This document shows, one piece after another, positions 50,701-60,937 of a DNA stretch of 64,000 bases (position 1 is the first letter of the stretch; each line of letters opens with the position of its first letter). The translations under genes were made by a program, and so were the position numbers. Origin of the DNA: Nostoc sp. DedSLP01 (GTDB taxonomy: Bacteria; Cyanobacteriota; Cyanobacteriia; Cyanobacteriales; Nostocaceae); assembly GCA_034530875.2 (NCBI GenBank), contig JAVRCJ020000013.1:128001-192000 (forward strand), read 5' to 3'. The notes under the pieces are model-generated. The model did not search any database. It saw only the letters and a list, made by a program, of their open reading frames with translations, and was not told the origin of the DNA.

Positions 50701-51561
50701 GATGATGATTCTGCCTTTTTTTCTGAATGGATTATTGGTTCTGAAAGAAATCCTAGTTTAATTCCCGACCATATACGAGATAGACACTTCTCTTTTATCA
50801 AGGAGGAATCTTGGCGTGCCCAACAGTTTGTAGATTACACTCAAAATACGTTAGGATATAGAGCACCTTGGGCACTCAGCGCTTTTTGGTTTTTCTCAAA
50901 GGCTGTGATTAATAATCATGGGATAGACTTGGCAAATACTCCCCTTGGCAAGGAGCTAGTTTTACTTCCTGCATATGCTAAGTTCGGAGTTAATACACCT
51001 GCCGCTGCATTATTCTCGACCCTTGGTGTTAATCCTTCACAGTTAGCGCGACAACTTGGTGACCTCTATCAACAACAGCATAGTGATACCGCTAGATATG
51101 ATTATTCAAGGATGCTTAGTTGGTTGTTGCGTATAGAACCACTAGACTTAGAAGTTGCTGAAATAAGACTATCCTACATTAGAAGACTCACTAGGCTCTT
51201 GCAAAACCTTCGACCTCTTGAAGAGTCAATACATGAGAGTGAAAGGGTTTGGGAAGTAAATTTTTCAATTGCAGGTTGGCAGTACTATCAAGGTGAAGAA
51301 GTTTTACAAAGTTTGAGGCGTGGTGAGATTGTAATTTTAAAACCTGAACCTAATAATAGATACGATCCAAATGCTATTGAAATATTTGTTGAGCGTAACC
51401 AAGTTGAGATTAAACTTGGATATGTCCCAAGGGGTTTAGCATATGATATCAATTCGCGTATTGAAGTGGGTCAAGTAAGAGCAACCATTAGTAGAATTCT
51501 GCCATCTGATTCATCTTTTCAAAAGGTACATATCTATTGTGTAGACAGAAGTACGATTTAA
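47758..51561 (+). CDS. Ski2-like SF2 helicase (HamB-like) with C-terminal HIRAN domain
   Basis: MPTSAGKT, APSRAL, TPEK, DELH, LSA, HHAGL, ATSTLVEGVNLP, IAGRAGR; C-terminal IAGWQYY..LKPEPNNRYDPNAIEI..LGYVPR is HIRAN-like. Confidence 0.9.
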   Translation: MERLLEFNTLKEIFRGDQAVGSLQAYADRVRMLHHRFLESQLASEEVRWLETDELLKFANDAEFLATEYTNPLVIQESEGLPVEDIPSRQIVQDALSLAGNIFEFLADTIDLYEKQNLELELCQSLGGTYLLKLKSALCYGLGLYEARTHVILNRLVENLDLPSLFNLQNIERWATYLFLSFLSRNLRQVLRIGQHLQEQINSIRDLLQQSLISQNSYSQDFYYLSHQEIIDIATSLSLIEAAIQASQALLRGNSELIAQARQSFDNAIQYVSQLGNYERFWIIRTAKEILERIWINSPWVRLENVINRRTYLRKLVEDGIVTLWNSQIAALEMRSTLGILNGGYLDDRVKRVIINMPTSAGKTLLAELAIAHQVFSSIDSKCVYVAPSRALCDQVAADLSSRLARFRIRVTTMVSDNDITGYESIIFGRNNVIIVTPEKLGYLIRQENTFIFSSKLFIFDELHNIGKPERGWCYEELISLLLQNIQTKNSKMIFLSAVMPNHLTVQEWVDPEKINDTISEIWQPTRLLKGVVVFDTKPPNSQVELPGHLIYVRRKEDLNSPFKINNFIQSTQILERKPGNKDQRIRWHRDRSQSHGKVHHAVSAAIKFARLGSVLVYCPQKLDASHFCEIIQTRNLPWVNIHLSHLQEVIEFVRDGLSNGHPLVKALESQVAFHHAGLPREVRNEIEYAFRKGWIRILAATSTLVEGVNLPVKTLILSDYCIRYWDGKKEVKNGILTGQEFKNIAGRAGRAAYETEGQVVFIQAIDGYPYRIFDNNFEEYLNLESNSSSLNIVSTFANEFILSELSRLVDELDNNQLTEQQLIFEIESALEARDNLKLINKLQTFTLLIQKQDMVTDDEESFVRIFQGTFLGKIIPNIAPQILGRFSHRTGRAIKNQISQVNRDLFAQTGLKISTCRTLMAKVDDYWQTKIPNINNFLYNTFNHDNLYEIAEIIYNLEDEEISAQKDLKATPSARKKRGLDDDSAFFSEWIIGSERNPSLIPDHIRDRHFSFIKEESWRAQQFVDYTQNTLGYRAPWALSAFWFFSKAVINNHGIDLANTPLGKELVLLPAYAKFGVNTPAAALFSTLGVNPSQLARQLGDLYQQQHSDTARYDYSRMLSWLLRIEPLDLEVAEIRLSYIRRLTRLLQNLRPLEESIHESERVWEVNFSIAGWQYYQGEEVLQSLRRGEIVILKPEPNNRYDPNAIEIFVERNQVEIKLGYVPRGLAYDINSRIEVGQVRATISRILPSDSSFQKVHIYCVDRSTI

Positions 51562-51960
51562 TGAATTTTACAAAAGATTTAATGATTGTGGCTAGAGACC
51601 TAACAAGTTACTGCAATGCACTGCTGTTTTGTACGTGGTGGCGTCGCAAAAACTGTGTATAACTTCTGATTTTTGCCATTCAAGGTGAATTTAGGTTTAA
51701 TAGACCTATTCATATCTTGCATCTCTACGTATAACCCCAGGTAAAGTAAAAAGGTGCACGATAAAGCTACCTCGTGTTTATAGTTTTTTTATAGCTAACT
51801 CAAGGGTTTTGCTTTTTTACTGAGTAATAAAATTACATCAATTTTTTGTGCAATATGTGAGCCTAGATAAATTATTATCGCTTTTTCTAATCTTACTGCC
51901 CATTCCTAAATCATCTTATTGTTAGGTCAGGGCCATGTCTATGATTAGGCTATATGTATG

Positions 51961-52190
51961 CCAATTTAATCTAAAAAATCTTTATTTAAAATATTATTTT
52001 ATTTAACAGTTTTTCCCCTGAGAAAAATGTTTTTCAAATCTAAAAACCAGACTCTATAAGAGTTATACTGTCTGAAGCATTAAAAAAGAGTGTTAGTGAA
52101 TAACTATCTAATTTGCATTTAGGCTAGAAATAGGCTTTTTTATTCCATTGCAAAAAATATTGATTGAATTGACTTGTAAGAGCGATCGCT
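51961..52190 (+). repeat. Diverged copy of the nifD-element terminal arm (matches about 53007-53237)
   Basis: Collinear shared blocks ATTTAATCTAAAAAATC, TTTTATTTAACAGTTTTTC, ATAAGAGTTATA, TTGCATTTAGGCTAGAAATAGGCT, TAAGAGCGATCGCT. Confidence 0.9.
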
Positions 52191-52203
52191 CTTAACTCTG
52201 TTC

Positions 52204-52626
52204 TTAAAAATCCTCTGGCATAATCACAGAAATTAATTGGTTACGATTCTTGCGATAAATTCTAAAATCGCTATCAAATGTTAGCAACTCACTTTCAGAA
52301 TACAGTTGTGTCATTCTGACCAAACACGCATCTGCTAACGACATTGGAACTGACTGATATTGCCGCAACAGTTCTTTAATTATTCCTGCTTCTTGACTCA
52401 AACACATCGAAATTAATATATTTCCCTCAGCCAGTAAAGACATTACAGTTTCCTGACCACCGTAAATATTTCGCAACAAAAAACAAGTCTCTACAATTAC
52501 AGCCTCACAAGTAAGTAAAGGCTGCTCGATTGTTGCTAAGGTGTTAATTACCCAGCCATGAAGATACTCTCTACGATTAATAAAAGCTACTAATGGTCCT
52601 GTATCGATGATGACTCGCTTCTTCAT
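52204..52626 (-). CDS. PIN-domain toxin
   Basis: VIIDTGPLVA, TCEAVIVE, MSLADACLV, LTFDSDF. Confidence 0.9.
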   Translation of the reverse strand: MKKRVIIDTGPLVAFINRREYLHGWVINTLATIEQPLLTCEAVIVETCFLLRNIYGGQETVMSLLAEGNILISMCLSQEAGIIKELLRQYQSVPMSLADACLVRMTQLYSESELLTFDSDFRIYRKNRNQLISVIMPEDF

Positions 52627-52862
52627 TCATTTCCTAAACCTTCAAGATATTGTTTGTTCGTCGCCAAATCACCTGGGCCATCATCGACACAACCAGCAAA
52701 TTGTTGAGCGGCTGTCAAAAATGAAATAGGCTCAATTTGTTCACTCTTTGTATTTTTTTTTGCTAGCTGACTTTGCAGAAACTCAATAAAATCTAAGACC
52801 TCTTGTTGCTTCTCTGGTGGGAGTGACCTCATTTTTTCAGCGGCAGTTTGTATAATGCTCAA
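52623..52862 (-). CDS. DUF2281-like antitoxin
   Basis: LPPEKQQEVLDFIEFL and GPGDLATNKQYLEGLG; 4-bp overlap with the PIN gene. Confidence 0.8.
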   Translation of the reverse strand: MSIIQTAAEKMRSLPPEKQQEVLDFIEFLQSQLAKKNTKSEQIEPISFLTAAQQFAGCVDDGPGDLATNKQYLEGLGNE

Positions 52863-53242
52863 GGGAACCTCCAGACGTTATTCATTCGTCTTTTCTGCGT
52901 CCAATCATTTCAGTCTAGCAGACTAACACTTTCTGGAGCAAACAGACAAATGAACCTAGTGTAAATACAAATTTTATCTGCTGCTGCTCAATTTAGCTGC
53001 TTCGCCCCATTTAATCTAAAAAATCGTCATCTAAAATAGTCTTTTATTTAACAGTTTTTCTTTGAGCAAAATGCTTTTCAAATTGAAAAACCAGACCCCC
53101 ATAAGAGTTATATTATCTAAAACACCAAAACAGATTGTTAGTGAATAATCCTGTAACTTGCATTTAGGCTAGAAATAGGCTATTTTTTATCCTGCTGCAA
53201 AAAATATTGATCTAATTGACTTTTAAGAGCGATCGCTAGGTT

Positions 53243-53253
53243 CGGAGTAATCC
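53243..53253. repeat. XisA recombination site, nifH-proximal
   Basis: CGGAGTAATCC, identical to 4665-4675, within the W-D-Y-S codons of nifD. Confidence 0.96.
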
Positions 53254-54605
53254 CAGGAGTGCATTTGGCGGAAGGGTAGACCCATCTTTTGGAAGACGTA
53301 CTTCTCTTTCACACCAGAAGCAATTAAGTCTGGCTTGAGTGCTTTTACAAATTCCTCGAATTCGTAAGCAGTTACGTCATCGTAAACGATGGTGCCGTTT
53401 TCGATGTAGTGGGTGGTACGTTTGTAGTCGTCGTTGTGAGCGAACTCATAACCTGTACCAATCATCTTCATACCCAAATCTTGGAAAGCGGGTACAACGT
53501 GGCGAGGACGCAAACCACCAACCATCATCGCAACGGTCTTACCTTCCAAACGGGGGCGATACTTGTTAACGATCGCATCCATTGTGGGCTGATACTTAGC
53601 GATGATCTTCTCAGCGTTTTCTTGGATCTTGGAGTCAAATTTAGAAGCGATTTCCCGTAAGGATTCAGCAATCTTGGTGGGGCCGAAGAAGTTGTATTCC
53701 AACCAGGGTATACCATAAGCTTCTTCCATGTGACGGCTGATGTAGTTCATCGAACGGTAGCAGTGAATCAAGTTCATCTTTACGTTCGGTGTCATCAACA
53801 TTTCGTTGATTGTACCATCACCAGACCACTGAGCAACTACGCGCAAGCCCAGTTCTTCTAACAGAATTCGGCTAGCCCAAGCATCACCACCGATGTTGTA
53901 GTCACCGATAATTGCTACGTCGTAAGGAGTAGACTCGAATTGTAACTTGCCTTCTTTTTTCTCTTTGTCGGCTCTGGTGAACACCCAGTCACGCACCATG
54001 TCGTTAGCGATGTGGTGACCCAAGGACTGAGAAACACCCCGGAAGCCTTCGCAACGAACGGGAACAACTGGCTTGCCAATTTCTTTGGATGTATTCCGAG
54101 CTACTGCTTCGATGTCATCCCCAATTAGACCGATGGGACATTCAGATTGAATGGAAACACCACGGTTGAGAGGGAAAAGAACTTCCAATTCTTGGATCAG
54201 CTTGGTGAGTTTCTTGTCACCACCGAACACGATATCCCGTTCTTGGAAGTCAGAGGTGAAGTGCATGGTACCAAAGGTGTCTACACCTGTGGTACCAATA
54301 TAGTAGTTACGACGACCAGACCAAGACCAGTAACCGCAACCTACAGGCCCGTGGCTGATGTGGATCATGTCCTTAATAGGACCCCAAACCACACCCTTAG
54401 AACCGGCGTAAGCACAACCACGAGCGGTCATTACACCAGGAAGAGATTTGATGTTAGATTTAACGCCGCAATCGCTCTTACCTTCTTCGTATACATTTAG
54501 GTGCTTTTCCCGTTTTTTAGCTGCTTTTTCGGGATAAGCGCTTAGTACTTCCTTAATTAGTTCTTTTCTTTCTTCGATGATGTTTTGATTTTCTGGAGGA
54601 GTCAT
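53243..54605 (-). CDS. nifD: Nitrogenase MoFe protein alpha subunit, 5' segment (454 codons)
   Basis: [38 protein letters not shown]; truncated at the 11-bp repeat. Confidence 0.98.
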
Positions 54606-54641
54606 TTTTGCCTCTCTAGCTCCTAAGGAACGGGGATAGGA

Positions 54642-54684
54642 AGGGGAACTTCGTCCCCTGTGGGGTTGGGGACTTGCAGTCCCC
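54642..54684 (-). promoter_or_regulatory. Two stem-loops in the nifH-nifD intergenic region (possible transcript stability or processing)
   Basis: AGGGGA..TCCCCT (54642-54659) and GGGGACT-tgc-AGTCCCC (54668-54684). Confidence 0.5.
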
Positions 54685-54766
54685 TTGGGGGATACAGGTA
54701 ATCGGTAGAAACAAGGTAAAAGGTAAATTATGCAATTGTTTCCTTTCCCTTTTCCTACATCAGAGT

Positions 54767-55717
<951 letters not shown>

Positions 55718-55992
55718 TCACGCCTGTAAGAGCTATGGCTGTGAGGGTTTGTAGAACATCGCCGGTGGCGATCGCTCCACAGTCAAAACATAGATAAGTA
55801 AGTACATATATTTCCCGGTTAAATTTGTTTTCTTTTTGTATTTTGTAATTTGTCATTTTTCCTTAGTCATTAGTCAAATGACTAATGACTAAGAGATTAC
55901 GCAATTTACAAATACGTCGTAATTTGTTTCAGCTTGCAAAACTTAGTAGGAATTGACCTAAATATTCGTCAACAACTAATGTCTAAGTTCGA

Positions 55993-56349
55993 TTACTTGT
56001 TCAAAATAGCGGGTTTCAAATTCGAGACACGATCTAGTGCAGCTTTTGTATCATCTGCGGATACTCCAGCTACAGACATTGATTCGCTCAGGTGCTTGGC
56101 GATCGCATCGAAGTGTGGTTGCTGTAGTGCCATACCTGCATGGGTTTTGTCCATTGGACGACCGCTGTATTCCTTTGGCCCTTCAAATATTTGAGAGAAG
56201 AAAGTAATCTGATGATTACGTTGTTTGACCATATCTGTATTAGCGAAAAAACCCTTGAGGCTGTTATCTGCAAGAATGCGTTTGTGAAGCTCATCTACTA
56301 CTTTCTCAATAGTAGGTTTTCCGCCAATTTTTTCGTACAATGTACTCAT
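55993..56349 (-). CDS. glbN: Cyanoglobin (group I truncated hemoglobin), 118 aa
   Basis: MSTLYEKIGG..FF..HQ..YSGRPMDKTHAGM..HFDAIAKHL; located between nifU and nifH as described for Nostoc commune. Confidence 0.92.
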   Translation of the reverse strand: MSTLYEKIGGKPTIEKVVDELHKRILADNSLKGFFANTDMVKQRNHQITFFSQIFEGPKEYSGRPMDKTHAGMALQQPHFDAIAKHLSESMSVAGVSADDTKAALDRVSNLKPAILNK

Positions 56350-56445
56350 GTTTGTCTCCTTTGAAGCGAGTTGAATGACGGAATTTGCAATTAGGCGCTT
56401 AAGATTTTCGCCTATATGCTGTGGGTTGTGAGTAGGACTGATACC

Positions 56446-56484
56446 AATTCGTAATTCGTAATTCGTAATTCGTAATTCGTAATT
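56446..56484. repeat. Heptamer tandem repeat (AATTCGT)x5
   Basis: Directly visible tandem array. Confidence 0.85.
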
Positions 56485-56640
56485 AAGAAAGTAAGATTTC
56501 GTATCAATCTGTAGCTTTCTGTTTGCGAATTGGTATGAAACATTGAGTGGAGACAATTATTCAATTCAAATCCTACTTTCTGTTCTTAGCTGAGGCTTAT
56601 TCGGGCGTATTTGTAGAGTACGTAAGCTCTACAGGAATTT

Positions 56641-57540
56641 CTAAACTGCTTCGACTACAAGGTTTTTGCTGACACGATCTTGTAATCTAGCTTCGATCGC
56701 AATTTTCAAAGTTGCTGTGCTACTAGAACAAGAACCACAAGCGCCTTGCAGAACAACTTTTACGCGATCGCCTTCTACATCATAAAGTTCTACATCTCCT
56801 CCGTCTGCAATCAAAACGGGTCTAACTTCTTCGTCGAGAACTTTTTGAATGAGGGCAATCTTTTGGACGTTGGTTAGCGATCGCTCTTTAGAAGTAACAA
56901 TTTCTGTGGCAACTTTTACGCCGTAATTGTTGAGATCCGGTGCGATTGCTTCTTGTCTTACTGATTTAATAATATCATCAATATTCGCCAGACAGGAACC
57001 GCATCCGCCACCAGCTTTTACATAATTTGTTACTTGTTCGGCATCAGTGAGATTATTTTCTAAAATCACGCGACGAATTTTGGATTCGCTAATACCAAAA
57101 CAGCTACAAACTAATGCGCCTTCATCATCATCATCATGGCTATCTAACGGAATGCCACGATAATTATAGATTGCTGCTTCTAAAGCTTCTTGTCCCATAA
57201 CAGAGCAGTGCATCTTGGCTTCTGGTAAACCACCCAAGTAATCTGCAATGTCTTTGTTGGACACTTTCAAAGCTTCATCTAAAGTCAAACCTTTAACCAT
57301 TTCGGTTAATGCACTAGAAGAAGCGATCGCACTTGTGCAGCCAAAGGTTTGAAAGCGGGCATCAAGAATTTTATCAGATTCTACCTCAACCTTGAGGTGC
57401 AATCTCAGAGCATCACCACAAGCAATGCTACCGACTTCGCCCGTTGCAACCTTAACACCAGGTTCGCTAACTTCTTCAATTTCCCCCTGGTTTTGGGGAT
57501 TGTAAAACAGTTCTAATACTTTATCTGTGTAGTCCCACAT
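56641..57540 (-). CDS. nifU: Fe-S cluster scaffold NifU
   Basis: ACGDAL, FGCTSA, MHCSVM, CSCF, GGCGSC, GACGSC. Confidence 0.97.
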   Translation of the reverse strand: MWDYTDKVLELFYNPQNQGEIEEVSEPGVKVATGEVGSIACGDALRLHLKVEVESDKILDARFQTFGCTSAIASSSALTEMVKGLTLDEALKVSNKDIADYLGGLPEAKMHCSVMGQEALEAAIYNYRGIPLDSHDDDDEGALVCSCFGISESKIRRVILENNLTDAEQVTNYVKAGGGCGSCLANIDDIIKSVRQEAIAPDLNNYGVKVATEIVTSKERSLTNVQKIALIQKVLDEEVRPVLIADGGDVELYDVEGDRVKVVLQGACGSCSSSTATLKIAIEARLQDRVSKNLVVEAV

Positions 57541-57665
57541 ATTGAGTTATGAATTATGAGTGATGAATGGGGAGTGGGGAGTGGGGAGTGGTAAATTGTG
57601 AATGATGGGTAGTAAATTCTTTATTCGCTATTCCCTACTCCCCACTCCCTATTCCCTTTTCCTAA

Positions 57666-58874
57666 TTAACGATGCGCCAGTGCTTGCTCTTGTCCTTGCA
57701 GCCAACCTGCGTCATCATTTTTGAAGGGTGAGAGGGCACGTAAACGTTCTACAATACCGGGCATGACTTCTATAACTTTGTCGATTTCAGCTTCAGTAGT
57801 GTAGCGAGAAAGGCTGAATCGGATGGAACCATGCAAGGTGGTGTAGGGTAAGCCCATTGCCCGGAGGACGTGGGAAGGTTCCAAGGAACCAGAGGTACAG
57901 GCAGAACCAGATGATGCACAAATACCGTATTTGTTCAATAACAGTAGAATTGCTTCACCTTCAATGTACTTAAAGCCGATATTGGTGGTGTTGGGTAATC
58001 TGTGCGTAGGGTCACCATTAACTACACAATCGGGAATAGTGGCGAGTAAAGTTTGTTCTAGGCGATCGCGCAGCCTTCTTTCTCTTTTTGTCGCCTCTTC
58101 CAAATGTAACAGTTCTAGTTCCGCAGCTTTGCCCAAGCCAATAATTCCCGGAACATTCTCTGTTCCCGCCCTGCGTCCGCGTTCTTGGTGTCCGCCAATC
58201 AACAAAGGACGGAATCTCACCCCGCGTCGCACATACAAAGCACCAATTCCTTTGGGTGCGTGCAGCTTGTGACCGGACAGAGTTAACATATCCACAGTGC
58301 TATTCTTCATATTCATGGGAATTTTACCCACTGCTTGCACCGCATCAACGTGGAACAGAGCGCCATGCTCTTTTACTCGTAACCCAATCTGCTCAATTGG
58401 GAAAACCGTACCAGTTTCGTTGTTGGCGTACATAATTGTTACCAACGCAGTGTTACCAGTCAAGGAGGCTTCTAGCTCATTAAGATCTAACTGCCCTCGC
58501 TCGTTCACCGAAAGGTAGGTAACGTTATAACCTTGGGTTTCCAATTGTTTGCAGACATTCAGTACTGCTGGATGTTCTACTTGGGTGGTGATGATGTGTC
58601 GCTTTTCTGGTTGCGCCAACAATGCAGCGCGGATAGCGGCGTTATCTCCCTCAGTTCCGCAACTGGTGTAGACAATTTCTGACTCATCAGCTCCCAACAA
58701 GGCTGCAAGTTGTTCTCTGGCTGTTTTCACGCCTTTGGCAAGTTGTCCGCCGAAAGTATGCATACTAGAGGGATTGCCGTAAAAGTCCGTCAGGTAAGGC
58801 AGCATTGCCTCTACAACTTGCGGGTCTACCTTGGTAGTAGCATTATTATCGAGATAGATGCAGTTCTTTTGCAT
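57666..58874 (-). CDS. nifS: Cysteine desulfurase NifS
   Basis: YLDNNATT, SGHKLH, SSGSACTS. Confidence 0.97.
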   Translation of the reverse strand: MQKNCIYLDNNATTKVDPQVVEAMLPYLTDFYGNPSSMHTFGGQLAKGVKTAREQLAALLGADESEIVYTSCGTEGDNAAIRAALLAQPEKRHIITTQVEHPAVLNVCKQLETQGYNVTYLSVNERGQLDLNELEASLTGNTALVTIMYANNETGTVFPIEQIGLRVKEHGALFHVDAVQAVGKIPMNMKNSTVDMLTLSGHKLHAPKGIGALYVRRGVRFRPLLIGGHQERGRRAGTENVPGIIGLGKAAELELLHLEEATKRERRLRDRLEQTLLATIPDCVVNGDPTHRLPNTTNIGFKYIEGEAILLLLNKYGICASSGSACTSGSLEPSHVLRAMGLPYTTLHGSIRFSLSRYTTEAEIDKVIEVMPGIVERLRALSPFKNDDAGWLQGQEQALAHR

Positions 58875-59042
58875 TGTTTGTAATTTTGATATCAGAATAA
58901 TTTAGTTAGTAGGAGTTAGGAGTTAGGAGTTCAAAGTTAAGAGTTTGCTGTGCCCCTCTGCTCCGTTGCCTTTTAACTTTTAAGCTTCAGCAATTCGTAA
59001 TTTTTGAGTTGAATTTTCCATTACGAATTACGAATTATCTTA

Positions 59043-59108
59043 TTAGGCTTCTACTCGCATTGTTCGGGGTTGACGTTTTTGTAATTGTTCAGAGTACTTC
59101 TGAGAATA
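59043..59108 (-). CDS. fdxN: fdxN 3' segment (interrupted ferredoxin gene)
   Basis: Reads YSQKYSEQLQKRQPRTMRVEA*, starting exactly at TATTC; lies upstream of nifS and next to xisF. Confidence 0.8.
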   Translation of the reverse strand, partial: YSQKYSEQLQKRQPRTMRVEA

Positions 59109-59156
59109 AAAGTATTCACTATCAAATATAATTGACAGTTGTATCTATGCGCTGTT

Positions 59157-60701
59157 ATGGAAAGTTGGGGTTACGCAAGAGTGAGTGGAGAGGAGCAGCA
59201 AACAGATAAAGGTGCGTTGCGTAAACAAATAGAACGCTTGCGTGGTTCTGGATGTTCAAAAGTATATTGGGATATTCAGTCACGGACAACCGAAGTCAGG
59301 GAAGGACTACAACAATTAATTAATGACTTGAAAGCATCTCCAAAAGGTAAGGTAAAATCACTTCAGTTTACCCGGATTGACCGTATTGGCTCATCATCGC
59401 GGTTGTTTTATTCATTGTTGGAGGTATTGCGCTCCAAGGAAATTAAACTCATAGCCCTAGATCAAGGAGTTGACCCAGACAGTCTGGGTGGGGAATTAAC
59501 AATTGATATGTTGCTTGCAGCTGCCAAATTTGAGGTAAGAATGGTGACAGAGCGTTTGAAAAGTGAACGTCGTCATAGGATAGACCAAGGAAAAAGCCAC
59601 CGAGTTGCTCCATTGGGATATCGTATTCACAAGGATAAATATGTACGCGATGAATCACCATGCGTTTGCTTGTTGGAAGGACGAAGAGAATTAACTGTAT
59701 CTGATGTGGCCAGATATATTTTTAATACTTTTTTTGATTGCGGTTCGGTTGCAGCGACTATTCGGAAACTGCATTCAGATTTTGGTATAGAAACAAAAGT
59801 TTTTGATTGGAACAAGCCAGAAACATCTTCACGGATTGTCAGTGATGATGATTTAGATAAAATTGTATTTACGCCAAATAAAGTTAACCACCCTTTGCGT
59901 TATCCGTGGTCAGGGTTGAGATGGTCGATCGCAGGTTTGAAAGCGTTATTAGTAAATCCTGTTTACGCAGGGGGTCTACCTTTTGATACTTACGTTAAGT
60001 CAAAGGGAAAACGCAAACACTTTGACGAGTGGAAGGTAAAATGGGGAACTCATAACGATGAGGCAATAATTACCTATGACGAACACGAACGTATAAAACA
60101 GATTATCAGAGGAAATCGACATAACCGATGGGCTTCAAGAGAAGATAACGAAGTTAACCCATTTTCTAATTTAATCAAATGCGCTCATTGCGGAGGTTCA
60201 ATGACGCGTCATGCAAAACGAGTAAATAAGGATGGGGAAGCTATCTATTATTTTCAGTGCCGTTTGTATAAAGCTGGCAACTGTAACAATAAAAATATGA
60301 TTTCATCAAAAATATTAGACATCCAAGTAATGGATTTATTAGCACAAGAAGCCGAACGTTTAGCGAACTTGGTGGAAACAGATGAGAAACCTATTGTAGA
60401 GGAACCCCCAGAAGTTAAAACTCTCCGCGCATCGCTGAATAATCTTGAAACATTACCGCCAAGTTCAGCAATCGAACAAATCAAAAATGACCTCAAAGAA
60501 CAAATTGCGATCGCGCTTGGAGCAACAAATAATGCAGCGAAACAATCCTTGATTGCTAAGGAACGAATTATACAGGCTTTTGCTAATAAAAGTTATTGGC
60601 AAGGACTTAATGCCCAAGATAAAAGAGCAATACTCAATGGTTGCGTTAAAAAAATATGCATAGACGGTAACTTTGTTACAGCCATTGAGTATCGTTACTA
60701 A
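59157..60701 (+). CDS. xisF: fdxN element serine recombinase XisF (514 aa)
   Basis: WGYARVS, TRIDRIGSS, zinc ribbon CAHCG..C..C; ATG at 59157. Confidence 0.94.
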   Translation: MESWGYARVSGEEQQTDKGALRKQIERLRGSGCSKVYWDIQSRTTEVREGLQQLINDLKASPKGKVKSLQFTRIDRIGSSSRLFYSLLEVLRSKEIKLIALDQGVDPDSLGGELTIDMLLAAAKFEVRMVTERLKSERRHRIDQGKSHRVAPLGYRIHKDKYVRDESPCVCLLEGRRELTVSDVARYIFNTFFDCGSVAATIRKLHSDFGIETKVFDWNKPETSSRIVSDDDLDKIVFTPNKVNHPLRYPWSGLRWSIAGLKALLVNPVYAGGLPFDTYVKSKGKRKHFDEWKVKWGTHNDEAIITYDEHERIKQIIRGNRHNRWASREDNEVNPFSNLIKCAHCGGSMTRHAKRVNKDGEAIYYFQCRLYKAGNCNNKNMISSKILDIQVMDLLAQEAERLANLVETDEKPIVEEPPEVKTLRASLNNLETLPPSSAIEQIKNDLKEQIAIALGATNNAAKQSLIAKERIIQAFANKSYWQGLNAQDKRAILNGCVKKICIDGNFVTAIEYRY

Positions 60702-60937
60702 ATGTGGCGATCGTACTGTTACAAGGTGCGATGTGACAACTATAGCGATCCTAAATGAGAAAGTGAAATATTGCATAAAGGTTTGTTGACTGTTGAGTGT
60801 TAACCGTTTACAGTTAACACTCAACAGCCATAACAGATATTTTTCACAAGTGAAATAGGATTGCTATATGAATCTCTGAAGGAGAAAATCGCCCTACCCT
60901 ATTCGCTAGAATCAAAACAAACTCGAAAAATTTTGCT

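Larger units (their letters stand above)
4665..53253. mobile_element. nifD excision element; predicted excised circle of 48,578 bp
   Basis: Identical 11-bp direct repeats at both ends, nifD halves in frame across them, and xisA adjacent to the nifK-proximal repeat. Confidence 0.96.

Noticed and set aside
53223..53242. C-terminal EPSDRS* of the 460-aa nifD ORF, suggesting a complete or dead gene
   Set aside because: It is read-through into the element; the true C-terminus is at 4525-4674.
56350..56556. N-terminal extension of the globin ORF
   Set aside because: It translates heptamer repeats (NYELRIT); the globin starts at ATG 56349 after a GGAG ribosome-binding site.
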